64,000 bases of DNA. Origin: an uncultured bacterium (GTDB lineage: Bacteria; Eisenbacteria; RBG-16-71-46). The stretch lies in contig CAZPVG010000013.1 in the NCBI GenBank assembly GCA_964589945.1, positions 7,280-71,279 on the forward strand, read 5' to 3'. The position numbers and the translations under genes are program-made. Under the pieces are notes generated by a model. That model did no database searches and had not been told where the DNA came from. It saw only the letters and a list, made by a program, of their open reading frames with translations. Of the stretch, positions 17,684 to 26,936 are shown in pieces (position 1 is the stretch's first letter; the number at the start of each line of letters is the position of its first letter).

Positions 17684-17798
17684 GAAGAAGAGCGGCGGGC
17701 ACTATAGCCATGCGGTTTCACAGCGTCAAGAGCCGGCGGGCGCGGATTCCACGAGCGGACACGTGCGCGCGCGGCCCGGCCGGGCTACAAATACCGCC

Positions 17799-18998
17799 GT
17801 GACGATCCTCGTCCAGAAGTACGGCGGCACCTCCGTGAACGGACCGGAGCGCATCCGGGCCGTCGCGCGCCGCATCGCCGACTCGCGCGCCGCCGGGGCC
17901 GCGCTGGTCGTCGTCGTCTCGGCCATGGGCGAGACGACCGACGAGCTGATCGCGCTCGCCCACCGCGTCTCGCCCTCGCCCAACCGGCGCGAGATGGACA
18001 TGCTCGTCACGACCGGCGAGCGCGTGTCCATGGCGCTGGTGGCGATGGCCCTGCACGACCTCGGCGTCGAGGCGATCTCGTTCACCGGCTCGCAGAGCGG
18101 CATCCTCACCGACGAGTCGCACTCGAACGCTCGCATCGTGGCGATCCGGCCCGAGCGCATCCGCGCCGAGCTCGATCGCGGCCGGGTCGTGATCGTGGCG
18201 GGCTTCCAGGGCGTGAGCCCGGTGACCAGGGAGATCACGACGCTCGGGCGCGGCGGCTCCGACACGACCGCGGTCGCACTGGCCGCCGCCCTGTCCGCGG
18301 CGCGGTGCGAGATCTGCACCGACGTGGACGGCGTGCACACCGCCGACCCGCGGGTCGTGCCGGGGGCGCGCGTCCTTCCCCGGATGTCGCTCCGCGCGTG
18401 CTCCGCGCTCGCCCACCTCGGCGGGCGCGTGCTGCACGCGCGCTGCGTGGACCTGGCGGCGCGCCGGCGCGTGCCGCTCCTCGTGCGCTCGTCGTTCGGC
18501 GACGGGCCCGGCACCGAGATCGTGGAGGTCGAAGTGGAAGAACCGAGGGTAGAGGCCGTGGCGCACCAGTTCGACGTGTCGATCGTCGTGGCCGAGGGCA
18601 ACGCCGGGGGCCGCGGGGAGACGCGCGGCATCCTCGAGACAGTCGCGCAGCACTACCCGGCGCTCGAGTTCGTCGCGCGCGAGCAGGCGGGCGAAGCGCA
18701 CGCCGCGCTGGTCTGGATCGGCCCTCGCGAGGACGCCGAATCGCTCCAGGCCCGCTTCCGCGAGCTGCGGGGTCCCGGCGGAGAGTGGCGGCTCGAAGCG
18801 CAGCACGGCTGCGCGTTCGTCTCGCTTGTCGGCTTCGGTCTCGGCGCGCGCGAGGCCTCGAAGGCCGAGGCCGCGCTCGAGAAGGCGGGTATCGCCGTGC
18901 TGGCGGTGCGGGCGACGCCCGCGGGGCTGGTCTTCCGCGTGCCGCTCGAACGCTGCGAGGACGCCGTGCGGGCGCTGCACACGGAGATGATCGGCTGA
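17799..18998 (+). CDS. lysC: aspartate kinase
   Basis: [14 protein letters not shown]-terminus (GTG 17799; an in-frame GTG at 17763 is an alternative start). ACT domains at the C-terminus. Full-length homology pattern. Confidence 0.9.
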   Translation: MTILVQKYGGTSVNGPERIRAVARRIADSRAAGAALVVVVSAMGETTDELIALAHRVSPSPNRREMDMLVTTGERVSMALVAMALHDLGVEAISFTGSQSGILTDESHSNARIVAIRPERIRAELDRGRVVIVAGFQGVSPVTREITTLGRGGSDTTAVALAAALSAARCEICTDVDGVHTADPRVVPGARVLPRMSLRACSALAHLGGRVLHARCVDLAARRRVPLLVRSSFGDGPGTEIVEVEVEEPRVEAVAHQFDVSIVVAEGNAGGRGETRGILETVAQHYPALEFVAREQAGEAHAALVWIGPREDAESLQARFRELRGPGGEWRLEAQHGCAFVSLVGFGLGAREASKAEAALEKAGIAVLAVRATPAGLVFRVPLERCEDAVRALHTEMIG

Positions 18999-19017
18999 GC
19001 GCCGCCGCGGCCGTCTC

Positions 19018-20553
19018 TCAGAACGTGTCGCGCACCGTCCGCAGGCTGGGGATGCGGCCGGTCGCGACGCGCTCGAGGGCCTCCTCGTAGAGGTGGTCGT
19101 AGCCGTCGGCGCTCACCCGCCAGCTGAAGTCCTGCCTCATGCCGTTCCGCTGCAGCGCGCACCACAGCGCGGGCTCGCCGTGCACCGCGAGCGCGCGGCG
19201 CAGGGCCATGACCATGTCGTCGGCGGAGAAGGACGTGAACACGAAGCCGTTGCCCTCGCGCGAGACCGGGTCGAACTCGTGGACGGTGTCGGCCAGCCCG
19301 CCCGTCCCGCGCACGACGGGCACCGTGCCGTAACGGAGCGAGTACATCTGGTTGAGCCCGCACGGCTCGTAGCGCGACGGCATCAGGAACAGGTCCGATC
19401 CGGCCTCGATGCGGTGGGCAAGCGGCTCGTCGTGGGACGTCCCGAACCACCACTGCCAGGGCCGCTCGAACGCGAGGCGGCGGAACAGGTCCTGCCAGCG
19501 CGGCTGCCCGACCCCGAGCACGACGAACCGCGCCGGCAGGTCGCACAGCTCGTGCTCGGCCGCCTCGACCAGCTCGAGTCCCTTCTGCTCGACGAGGCGC
19601 GAGACCATGCCGACGATCGGCCAGTCGGGGTCGAGCGGGAAGCCGCAGGCCAGCGAGAGCGCGCGGCGGTTCGCCCGCTTGCCCTCCAGCGCCTCGCGGG
19701 AGAAGTGCGCGTCGAGGAACGGGTCGGTCTCCGGGTTCCAGAGTGACTCGTCGATGCCGTTCAGGATGCCGCGCACGTCGCCGGTGCGACGCCGCAGCAC
19801 GCCCTCGAGACCGAAGCCCAGCTCGGCGTTGGACTGGATCTCGCGCGCGTAGGTCGGGCTCACCGTGCTCACGAGGTCCGCGAACACGAGGCCGATCTTC
19901 ATGAAGTTCACCCGGCCCCAGTATTCGAACGGGCTCTGCGGGAAGAACAGCTCGCGCGAGAACCCCGCGACCGAGAGGATCCAGGGGTCCACGATGCCCT
20001 GGTAGCCGAGGTTGTGGATCGTGAACACGGTCGCGAGCCCGCCGAAGGCCGGCTCGTCGGCGTCGTGCGTGCGCACGAAGCACGGCACCCAGGCCGCCTG
20101 CTGGTCGTGCGCGTGCACGACGTCGAAGCGCTCGCCGAAGCCCTTCAGGCCCTCGACCGCCGCCCGGGCGAAGAACAGGTAGCGCTCGGCGTTGTCGGGC
20201 CAGCCCTCGCGCGTGACCGGGTCGTCGTAGACGCCCGGGCGGTCGAAGAAGCGCCGCTCCCCGGCGTGTTCGACGAGCAGCACGCGCAGCTCGGAGGCCG
20301 GGTCCTCGGCCACCGTGAACCGCGCGGGCTCCTGCCCCAGGCCCCACGGCACGCGCGTGCCGCCGATCTCGTGCGTCGTCCAGCCGGCGGGGATCTCGAG
20401 CGTCCGGTAGCGCGGCAGCGCGACGAGGACCCGGTGGCCCCGGCGTGCCTGCTCGCCCGCGAGGGCCGCGACGACGTCGGCCAGGCCGCCGACCTTCACG
20501 AGCGGCGTCATCTCGCTCGCCACGTGGGCGACGGACAGGGAACGGCCCGGCAT
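19018..20553 (-). CDS. glgA: glycogen (starch) synthase
   Basis: KVGGLADVV motif near the N-terminus, HAHD, GT-B C-terminal domain. 511 aa. Confidence 0.9.
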   Translation of the reverse strand: MPGRSLSVAHVASEMTPLVKVGGLADVVAALAGEQARRGHRVLVALPRYRTLEIPAGWTTHEIGGTRVPWGLGQEPARFTVAEDPASELRVLLVEHAGERRFFDRPGVYDDPVTREGWPDNAERYLFFARAAVEGLKGFGERFDVVHAHDQQAAWVPCFVRTHDADEPAFGGLATVFTIHNLGYQGIVDPWILSVAGFSRELFFPQSPFEYWGRVNFMKIGLVFADLVSTVSPTYAREIQSNAELGFGLEGVLRRRTGDVRGILNGIDESLWNPETDPFLDAHFSREALEGKRANRRALSLACGFPLDPDWPIVGMVSRLVEQKGLELVEAAEHELCDLPARFVVLGVGQPRWQDLFRRLAFERPWQWWFGTSHDEPLAHRIEAGSDLFLMPSRYEPCGLNQMYSLRYGTVPVVRGTGGLADTVHEFDPVSREGNGFVFTSFSADDMVMALRRALAVHGEPALWCALQRNGMRQDFSWRVSADGYDHLYEEALERVATGRIPSLRTVRDTF

Positions 20554-20566
20554 GGGGATCGGGCGG

Positions 20567-21580
20567 TCAGGCCAGCGCGACGATCTCGCGCAGGTACTGG
20601 GCCGCGTCCTCCGGCGGCGTGGGGTTGATGTAGAACCCCGAACCGATCTCGAACCCGGCCACCCGGGTGAGCTTGGGCATGATCTCGAAGTGCCAGTGGT
20701 AGTAGGGCAGGTCGTCGTCGGCCAGCGGCGCCGTGTGCAGCACGAAGTTGAACGGCGGCGTGTCGAGCGCGACGTTCAACCGCTGCAGCGTGTCCTTGAG
20801 GATGCGCGCGAGGTCGAGGAACTCCTCCGGGTCGGTGATCATGTGGTAGCTCGAGCGGTGCTCGCGCGGCAGGATCCAGGTCTCGAACGGGAACCGCGGC
20901 GCGTAAGGCGCGAGGGCCACGAAACGCTCGGTCGTGCTCACGATGCGCCGGCCGTTCCCCTCGGACATCTCCTGGTCCAGGATGTCCGTGAAGACGCAGC
21001 GCTCCTTGAGCTCGTAGTAGCGGCGCGCCCCGTCGAGCTCCTCCTGCACCATCCGCGGGATGATCGGGGTCGCGATGATCTGGCTGTGCGGGTGCTCGAG
21101 CGTCGCGCCGGCGCCCGCGCCCTGGTTCTTGAAAACCAGCACGTAGCGCAGCCGCCTGTCCTTCTTGAGGTCGAGCATGCGCTCCCGGAACGCGACCAGC
21201 ACCTGCTGGATCTGCTCGACCGGCTGCTCCGCGAGTTGCCGGTCGGGGTCGGAGCCCTCCACCACGACCTCGTGGGCCCCGATGCCGTTCATCTTGTCGT
21301 ACAGGCCCTCGCCCCGCCGCTCGAGCTGGCCCTCGATCTCGAGGGCCGGGAACTTGTTCGGCACCACGCGCACCGTCCACCCCGGACCGTTCGCCTTCCC
21401 GCCCGGCGGGCGGACGGCGTAGACCTCGGGGGGGGTCATGTTCTCGCGTCCGTCGGCGAACGGTGAAAACGTCTGCGCGACGGTCGGGTTCTCGGAGTGG
21501 AAGTTGGTGGGACGGCGGCTGCGCTCGGTGGAAATGATGACCCACCGGCCGACGACCGGGTCCTTGCGAAGTTCTGGCAT
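20567..21580 (-). CDS. galactose-1-phosphate uridylyltransferase-like (GalT/HIT superfamily) nucleotidyl transferase
   Basis: MPELRKDPVVGRWVIISTERSRRP N-terminus. HxHxQ-type motif LEHPHSQII. 337 aa. Confidence 0.85.
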   Translation of the reverse strand: MPELRKDPVVGRWVIISTERSRRPTNFHSENPTVAQTFSPFADGRENMTPPEVYAVRPPGGKANGPGWTVRVVPNKFPALEIEGQLERRGEGLYDKMNGIGAHEVVVEGSDPDRQLAEQPVEQIQQVLVAFRERMLDLKKDRRLRYVLVFKNQGAGAGATLEHPHSQIIATPIIPRMVQEELDGARRYYELKERCVFTDILDQEMSEGNGRRIVSTTERFVALAPYAPRFPFETWILPREHRSSYHMITDPEEFLDLARILKDTLQRLNVALDTPPFNFVLHTAPLADDDLPYYHWHFEIMPKLTRVAGFEIGSGFYINPTPPEDAAQYLREIVALA

Positions 21581-21713
21581 GAGCCGTCCTTGGAAGGATT
21601 CGTCCCCGGCGCCGCGACGGGCGCCGGGCTGTCTGTCGAGGGGGCGGAATAGTCTAGGGAGCCGCTTCGCGTGGGGTCAAGGCGGCCGGGGTGGGCGCGG
21701 CGGCGCCCGCACC

Positions 21714-22946
21714 TCAGGTCATCGGTCGGCGCTCGGCGGCGGTCGAGTGGAAATGCTGCCGGAGGGCTTCCTCGGTCCCCGGGTCCAGCTCCCGGCCGCG
21801 CCGGCCGAAGACGGTCCGGGCCGTGGCGAGGAAGCGCTCGAGGTCGTGCTCGGCCGCCGTCCGGCCGTCCCACCAGGCGAAGGCGGGCAGCCACTTCGGC
21901 GCGAACGCGCCGCCCCCGAACAGGTTCGCCCCGGTGCCGACCCAGGCGCCGGTCGGCAGCAGCGTGCCGATCCCGGTCTTGACGTGGGCTCCGACCAGCG
22001 AGCCCACCTTGGGGCTGCCCGAGTCGATCTCGCCCCCCGGGGTGCGCACCCGGACGGTGCCGTAGTTGTTCTTGAGGTCGCTGGTCGCGGTCAGCGCCCC
22101 GAGGTTGACCCATTCGCCCAGGACGCTGTGGCCCACGAAGCCGTGGTGGCGCTTGTTGCCGTAACCCTGCCAGACGCTCGCCTCGACCTCGCCGGCGACG
22201 CGGCACTGCGGCCCGAACGTCGTGCCCGAGACGAAGCCGCCGAGCAGCCGGGTGCCCGGGCCGATCACGCACGGCCCGGTCACGACCGTGTGCGGCGCGA
22301 CGCTCGCCCCGCGGCCCACCAGGATCGGCCCGGGTCCGGCGTCGAGCACGGCGTACGGGCCGACCCGCGCCCCCTCGCCCACCACGATCCGCTCCGGGGA
22401 CTCGAGGCAGGCGAGCCGGTGGACCTCGCCGCGCACGCCGCCGCGGGCCCCGGCGAGGTCCTCGGCGATCGCGTCCGGGTTGCGCTCGACGAGGTGCCAG
22501 GGCCGCTCGAGGAATGCCGTGGCCGCCGGGGCGGTCGGCAGGCCGAGCGCGAGCAGCCCGTCCTCGAACCGCTCGCCGCGGCCCAGCGCGGGCAGCAGGA
22601 GCGCGAGCGGCAGCCGCGCGCCGGCCACGCGCTCGCCCGAGAGCAGCAGGACGCTCACGCCGGTCTCGAGGAGCGGCGCGGTCCACGGCCCCGGCAGCGC
22701 GGCCGCGTTCACCACGACCGCCTCCTCGGCCGGGTCCAGGCTCGAGGTGTCGGGCACCGGGGCGTCGTGCCACGCGGCCATCGCGAGGGCGCGCGCCTCG
22801 ATCCCGAAGAGCCGCAGCCCGGCGACGCGCAGCCACCGACGCGCGGCGTCCGCCGCGCCGAAGGCGAGCGCCGGCACCGGGAGCACGTCGGTGAGGGGCC
22901 GCAGGTCCGGCCAGTGCCGGTCTTCGAACAGGACGATCCGGGCCAT
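21714..22946 (-). CDS. putative sugar nucleotidyltransferase-like protein with a C-terminal left-handed beta-helix (hexapeptide) domain
   Basis: Start MARIVLFEDRHW (ATG 22944-22946, overlapping the upstream stop). C-terminal hexapeptide-type repeats VGEGARVGPYAVL...IGPGTRLLGGFV...VGHSVLGEWVNLGA. Confidence 0.7.
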   Translation of the reverse strand: MARIVLFEDRHWPDLRPLTDVLPVPALAFGAADAARRWLRVAGLRLFGIEARALAMAAWHDAPVPDTSSLDPAEEAVVVNAAALPGPWTAPLLETGVSVLLLSGERVAGARLPLALLLPALGRGERFEDGLLALGLPTAPAATAFLERPWHLVERNPDAIAEDLAGARGGVRGEVHRLACLESPERIVVGEGARVGPYAVLDAGPGPILVGRGASVAPHTVVTGPCVIGPGTRLLGGFVSGTTFGPQCRVAGEVEASVWQGYGNKRHHGFVGHSVLGEWVNLGALTATSDLKNNYGTVRVRTPGGEIDSGSPKVGSLVGAHVKTGIGTLLPTGAWVGTGANLFGGGAFAPKWLPAFAWWDGRTAAEHDLERFLATARTVFGRRGRELDPGTEEALRQHFHSTAAERRPMT

Positions 22947-23566
22947 CAGCGCTTCGTCACCAGGCGGACGAGGAAGGCACCCTTGAATCCCGACTCGATC
23001 GCGCGCGCCTTGAGGCTCTCGGCGGCCTCGCGCGAGAGGCAGTCGCGCGAGCGCACCTTGAAGCGGCCGCCCTCGCGATCGACGATCATCGGCACCATGA
23101 GCAGCGATTCGGACGCGTCGCGCATCTCCTTGCCCCTCGCGCGGTCGGCGGGCGCGGCGATCTGGATCCGCCAGCACGTGTCGGGCGGGGCGCCCGCCGC
23201 CGGGGGCGCCGGCGTGGAGTCGGCCGCGGGCGGCGCGACCTCGGGCAGCACCGTCGCCGGGCGCAGCGGCTGGGTCGGCGAGGGCACGGGCACAGCGGTG
23301 CGCAGCGTGTCGTACGCCGCGGGCGGCGCGACGCGGACGACCGGGGCCGGCGCGGCGCCGAGCGGCTCGGGAATCGTGGCGAGCACCGCGAGCGCCTCCG
23401 GGCTCGGGTTCGTGTCGGGCACGGCGGCCGCGGTGCCGGGCGACGCGGGCGGCGGCGTCACGGCCGGCGCGGGCGGCGGCGCCGGCGACGGGGCGGGGAC
23501 GAGACCCGCACAGCCCGACGCGGCGAGCGCGAGGAGGACGGCGAGCGTACCGGCCGCGCGCCTCAC
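22946..23566 (-). CDS. SPOR domain lipoprotein
   Basis: GTG start overlapping the manC stop (GTGA). Lipobox LAVLLALAASGCAG. Pro/Ala-rich linker. C-terminal SPOR-like domain WRIQIAAPADRARGKEMRDASESLLMVPMIVDREGGRFKVRSRDCLSREAAESLKARAIESGFKGAFLV. Confidence 0.7.
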   Translation of the reverse strand: MRRAAGTLAVLLALAASGCAGLVPAPSPAPPPAPAVTPPPASPGTAAAVPDTNPSPEALAVLATIPEPLGAAPAPVVRVAPPAAYDTLRTAVPVPSPTQPLRPATVLPEVAPPAADSTPAPPAAGAPPDTCWRIQIAAPADRARGKEMRDASESLLMVPMIVDREGGRFKVRSRDCLSREAAESLKARAIESGFKGAFLVRLVTKR

Positions 23567-24618
23567 GAGGCCCCCCTCGCGCGCACGGCCTCGGAGACGC
23601 GCCGCACGCGGTCCGTGGCGTCGAGCCGGCAGGCGAGCACGCCCTGCCGCGTCGCGACGACGACCATGTCGCGCAGGCCCAGCGGGGCGGCCGTGACGCC
23701 GTCGCCGACGACGACGCAGCCCTCGCAGTCCACCGGCACCGCGTCGCCCCAGCGGACGTTGCCCGCCTCGTCGTGCGGCTGCCGGCGCGCCCAGGCGCCC
23801 CACGAGCCCAGGTCGTCCCAGTCGAACGCGGCTTCGAGAACGACCGTGTTCGGCGCGCCCTCGAGCACGGCGTAGTCCACCGAGATCTTCGTCAGCGGCT
23901 CGAACCTCGGCCGGAGCGCGGCGGCGAAGGCGTCGTCGTCCCCCGCCCACGTGAAGTCCCGCAGCGCGGCGATGTCGGGATGGCGCGCCGACAGGGCGGC
24001 GAAGAAAGTCTCCCGGCGCCACACGAAGATGCCGCTGTTCCAGTAGTACTCGCCGCTCGCGAGCCATGCTTCGGCCGTGGCCCGGTCGGGCTTCTCCTTG
24101 AACGTGGCCACGCGGTGGAGCCGCTCGCCGAGGGACGTTCCGCGGTGGATGTAGCCGAAGTTCGTCTCGGGGTGGCCCGGGGCGATGCCGAACGTCACGA
24201 GCACGTCTTCGCGCGCCGCGACCGACGCCGCGCGCGAGAGGTCGGCGGCGAAGGCGTCGTCGTCCTCGATCGCGTGGTCGGCGGGCAGCACGGCGAACGT
24301 CGTGCCGGGCGCGAAGACCGAGGCCGCCGCCGCGATCGCCGGGGCCGTGTTGCGCATCATCGGCTCGCCGAGCACACGGGCCCCCGGGCACTCGCGCGCG
24401 CAGGCCCCGCGGAGGTCCTCGGACGTCATCACGAGCACGTCGGCGGGCGAGGCGGCGACGCGCAGGGCGCGCTCGAACGTCGCGCGCAGCAGCGTGCGCC
24501 CGCCGGACGCGAGCGGCAGGAGCTGCTTCGGCCGCGCGTCGGTGCTCCACGGCCAGAAGCGCTCGCCGCGTCCGCCCGCGAGGATCAGGACGCCGGTGGA
24601 GGTCGGGGAAGGGCTCAT
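23563..24618 (-). CDS. manC: mannose-1-phosphate guanylyltransferase (GDP-mannose pyrophosphorylase)
   Basis: GVLILAGGRGERFWP nucleotidyltransferase motif. 351 aa, no PMI domain. Confidence 0.85.
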   Translation of the reverse strand: MSPSPTSTGVLILAGGRGERFWPWSTDARPKQLLPLASGGRTLLRATFERALRVAASPADVLVMTSEDLRGACARECPGARVLGEPMMRNTAPAIAAAASVFAPGTTFAVLPADHAIEDDDAFAADLSRAASVAAREDVLVTFGIAPGHPETNFGYIHRGTSLGERLHRVATFKEKPDRATAEAWLASGEYYWNSGIFVWRRETFFAALSARHPDIAALRDFTWAGDDDAFAAALRPRFEPLTKISVDYAVLEGAPNTVVLEAAFDWDDLGSWGAWARRQPHDEAGNVRWGDAVPVDCEGCVVVGDGVTAAPLGLRDMVVVATRQGVLACRLDATDRVRRVSEAVRARGAS

Positions 24619-24627
24619 GAACGCGGC

Positions 24628-24641
24628 AGGATTAGCACAGG
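24628..24641 (-). promoter_or_regulatory. extended -10-like element (TGTGCTAATCC) 10 nt upstream of the manC ATG
   Basis: Coding-strand sequence CCTGTGCTAATCCTGCCGCGTTCATG. The same motif sits with the same spacing upstream of the GT2 start at 39722. GTGACG lies 18 nt upstream. Confidence 0.35.
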
Positions 24642-24654
24642 CGCGAGGGCGGCG

Positions 24655-25755
24655 TCACGCGCCCGGCCGGGCCAGCGAGCGGTACACGTCGGCGGTCGCC
24701 TGCGCCACCGTGTCCCACGAGTAGTGGCGCAGGATGTGCTGCCGGGCGCGCTCGCCGTAGGCGGCGACGACGTCCGGGTTGCGGATCAGGTGCTCGAGCT
24801 TCGTCTGCAGGTCGTCCACGTCCTGGGAGCGGAAGCTGAGCGCGCACTCCTCGGCCACCTCGAGGTTCTCGGGGATGTCCGAGACGAGCACGCAGCGCCC
24901 GTACGAGAGCGCCTCGAGCAGCGCGATCGAGAGCCCCTCCATCGTCGAGGGCTGGACGACACAGTAGGCGTTGCTCCACAGCTCCTCGAGCGCCTCGCCG
25001 AACACGTAGTCGAGCCGCTTTACGCGCTCGCCCTCGTAGCGCTTGAGCAGGTCCGCGTAGCCGCCCTCGAACGACACGCCCCCGGCGAGCGCGAGGGTCA
25101 TGTCGGTGTCGATGCGGTTGAACGCCTCGCACAGGAAGTGGACGCCCTTCTCGGGCACGAGGCGGCCCACGAACAGGACGTACTTCCCCGGCACGAGCCC
25201 GAGCGAGGCGAGCTTCTTCGCCGCCCGCGGCTGCGGCAGGTTCGTACCGTTCGGGATGAACACCGTCTCGGCGCCGTGCACGGTCCGGAAATGCTCGCGC
25301 AGCGTCTTGCTGACCACGATGGTGCGGTCGGGCAGGTGCACGGCGGGGCCCTCGCAGCGGTGGAGGAACCAGCGCGCGAAGCGCCCCCACTTCTCGCGCT
25401 TCCAGTCGAGCCCGTGGATCGTGACGACCGTCTTCGCGCCGGTCAGGCGCGGCAGGCCCGAGAGCGCCGCGGGTCCGAGCGCGTGGTAGTGCACGACGTC
25501 GTAGCGCCTCAGCAGCGCCTCGAGCGTCGCCCAGGTCACGTGCGTGATCGCGTCGAGGTGCTTCGTGTGCACGCTCGGCCGTCGCAGCAGGCGCACGCCG
25601 TGGTAGGCCGTTCCGGCGGGCGTGTAGTAGAGACGGCAGAACACGTCCACGTCGACGCCCATCGGCACGATCCGGCGCGCGATCTCGTCCACGTGCCGCT
25701 CGATGCCGCCGTACGTCGCGGGAATCCCCTTCTGCCCGATCATGGCGACGCGCAT
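24655..25755 (-). CDS. family 4 glycosyltransferase
   Basis: Start MRVAMIGQKGIPATYGGIE (ATG 25753-25755). GT4 C-terminal EGLSIALLEALSYGRCVLVSD. Confidence 0.85.
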   Translation of the reverse strand: MRVAMIGQKGIPATYGGIERHVDEIARRIVPMGVDVDVFCRLYYTPAGTAYHGVRLLRRPSVHTKHLDAITHVTWATLEALLRRYDVVHYHALGPAALSGLPRLTGAKTVVTIHGLDWKREKWGRFARWFLHRCEGPAVHLPDRTIVVSKTLREHFRTVHGAETVFIPNGTNLPQPRAAKKLASLGLVPGKYVLFVGRLVPEKGVHFLCEAFNRIDTDMTLALAGGVSFEGGYADLLKRYEGERVKRLDYVFGEALEELWSNAYCVVQPSTMEGLSIALLEALSYGRCVLVSDIPENLEVAEECALSFRSQDVDDLQTKLEHLIRNPDVVAAYGERARQHILRHYSWDTVAQATADVYRSLARPGA

Positions 25756-26936
25756 CACGCGGCCCCCCTCGCGCCGGCCGCCGCGCGCATCGTCTCCAGC
25801 CGCCCGCCGAGCCGCTCCCCGAGCCGCCCCCACGCGTAGTCCGCCAGTGCCAGCGGCGGTGGCGCCCCGCGGGCCGCCCAGCCCGCGGGCCGCGTCCGCA
25901 GCGCGTCGGCGAGGCCGTCCACGCCCGCGACGACGCAGGACGCCTCGAGCGGCCCATACCCACGGATGCCGAACGGGGTCGTGACCACCGCGAGCCCGCA
26001 CGCGAGGTAGCCGGGCACCTTGACGTTGCTGCCGCCGCCGCCCGCGACCGGGTTCACGCCGCAGTCGGCCGCCGCGAGCACCGGCGCGAGCTCGGGCACC
26101 TCGCCGGCCACGACGAGCCACCGCTCGCGACGCGAGCCCAGCGAGCGGCCCACGGTCCCGACCACGAGCAGCCGCAGGCCGTCCGCGGCCACCCCGGGCA
26201 GCACGCGATCGGCGAGCAGCGCCAGGGCCTCGCGGTTCGGTCCCCAGTCGGCCCCGACGAACGCGGCGACGTAGTCGCCGGCGTCCAGGCCCAGCGCCGC
26301 GCGGGCGCGCGAGCGCTCGTCGGCCGCGGGCGGGCGCAGGCGCGTCTCGTCGAAGCCGTTCGGCACCACCGCGAGGCGCTCCGGCGGCGCGCCGTAGAGC
26401 TCGCGCATGCGCGTGGCGTCCTCGTCGGTGCACACGACGGTCAGGTGCGCCGACGCGACCGCGTCCGCCTCGAGCCGCCTCAGCCGCTCGGCCCACCGCC
26501 GCCGCCCGGCGACGGGCGGCGCCGAAGAGCGGAAACGGTCGTATTCGACGTTGTGCGAGGTGTGCACGCGCAGGCCGGCCGGCGCCGCGCGGAACAGCGA
26601 GGCGAGGTTCAGGTCGGCCGCGAGCACGTCGGCGCCGCGCCCGAGCGTCGCCGCGTAGCGGACCGCGTTCGCGCGGTGGCCGGCCTCGGCGGAGAACAGC
26701 GGGGCGAGGCGGGCGCGCTCGAGCCGCCAGGCGACGCTCGTGTGCCACGCCTTGCGGCGCACGATCCGCACGCCGTCGACGGTCTCCTCCGCGGGGCCCG
26801 CGGACCGGTTCGGCGTCACGCACAGCACGCGCACGTCGTGGCGCTTCGCGAGGCCGCGCGCGAGGCCGAAGGAGCGCTGCGCTCCCCCGAAGCGGGGCGG
26901 ATGGATGTCGTTGTCGACGGCCGCGTGGATCAGCAC
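25755..26936 (-). CDS. family 4 glycosyltransferase
   Basis: GTG start VLIHAAVDNDIHPPRFGGAQRSF, 4 nt upstream of the preceding stop. GT4-like C-terminal GVNPVAGGGGSNVKVPGYLACGLAVV. Confidence 0.8.
   Translation of the reverse strand: MLIHAAVDNDIHPPRFGGAQRSFGLARGLAKRHDVRVLCVTPNRSAGPAEETVDGVRIVRRKAWHTSVAWRLERARLAPLFSAEAGHRANAVRYAATLGRGADVLAADLNLASLFRAAPAGLRVHTSHNVEYDRFRSSAPPVAGRRRWAERLRRLEADAVASAHLTVVCTDEDATRMRELYGAPPERLAVVPNGFDETRLRPPAADERSRARAALGLDAGDYVAAFVGADWGPNREALALLADRVLPGVAADGLRLLVVGTVGRSLGSRRERWLVVAGEVPELAPVLAAADCGVNPVAGGGGSNVKVPGYLACGLAVVTTPFGIRGYGPLEASCVVAGVDGLADALRTRPAGWAARGAPPPLALADYAWGRLGERLGGRLETMRAAAGARGAA

Noticed and set aside
17551-17760. Mobile element integrated at tRNA-Gly
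   Set aside because: There is no integrase, transposase, direct repeat of the tRNA 3' end or compositional break in the flanks. The neighbours are housekeeping genes (folE, lysC).
17684-17798. Possible lysine riboswitch or leader upstream of aspartate kinase
   Set aside because: Only about 80-115 nt separate the tRNA from the start, with no L-box-like helices. A TACAAAT -10-like hexamer about 8 nt before the GTG suggests a leaderless transcript instead.
21581-21713. Imperfect GC hairpin GTGGGCGC-GGCG-GCGCCCGCAC just downstream of the LbH-gene stop, as a terminator separating the EPS operon from galT-like/glgA
   Set aside because: No U-tract follows on the transcribed strand and the stem has a bulge. 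It may still act as a weak U-less terminator but the evidence is insufficient to call it.
21438-23696. 752-aa plus-strand ORF and other long ORFs (21436..22836 -, 22946..24550 N-terminal part, 23773..25839 +, 24632..25963 -)
   Set aside because: Low-complexity translations antisense to, or out of frame with, galT-like, LbH, SPOR, manC and GT4 genes. The accepted frames have family motifs and operon-consistent overlaps.
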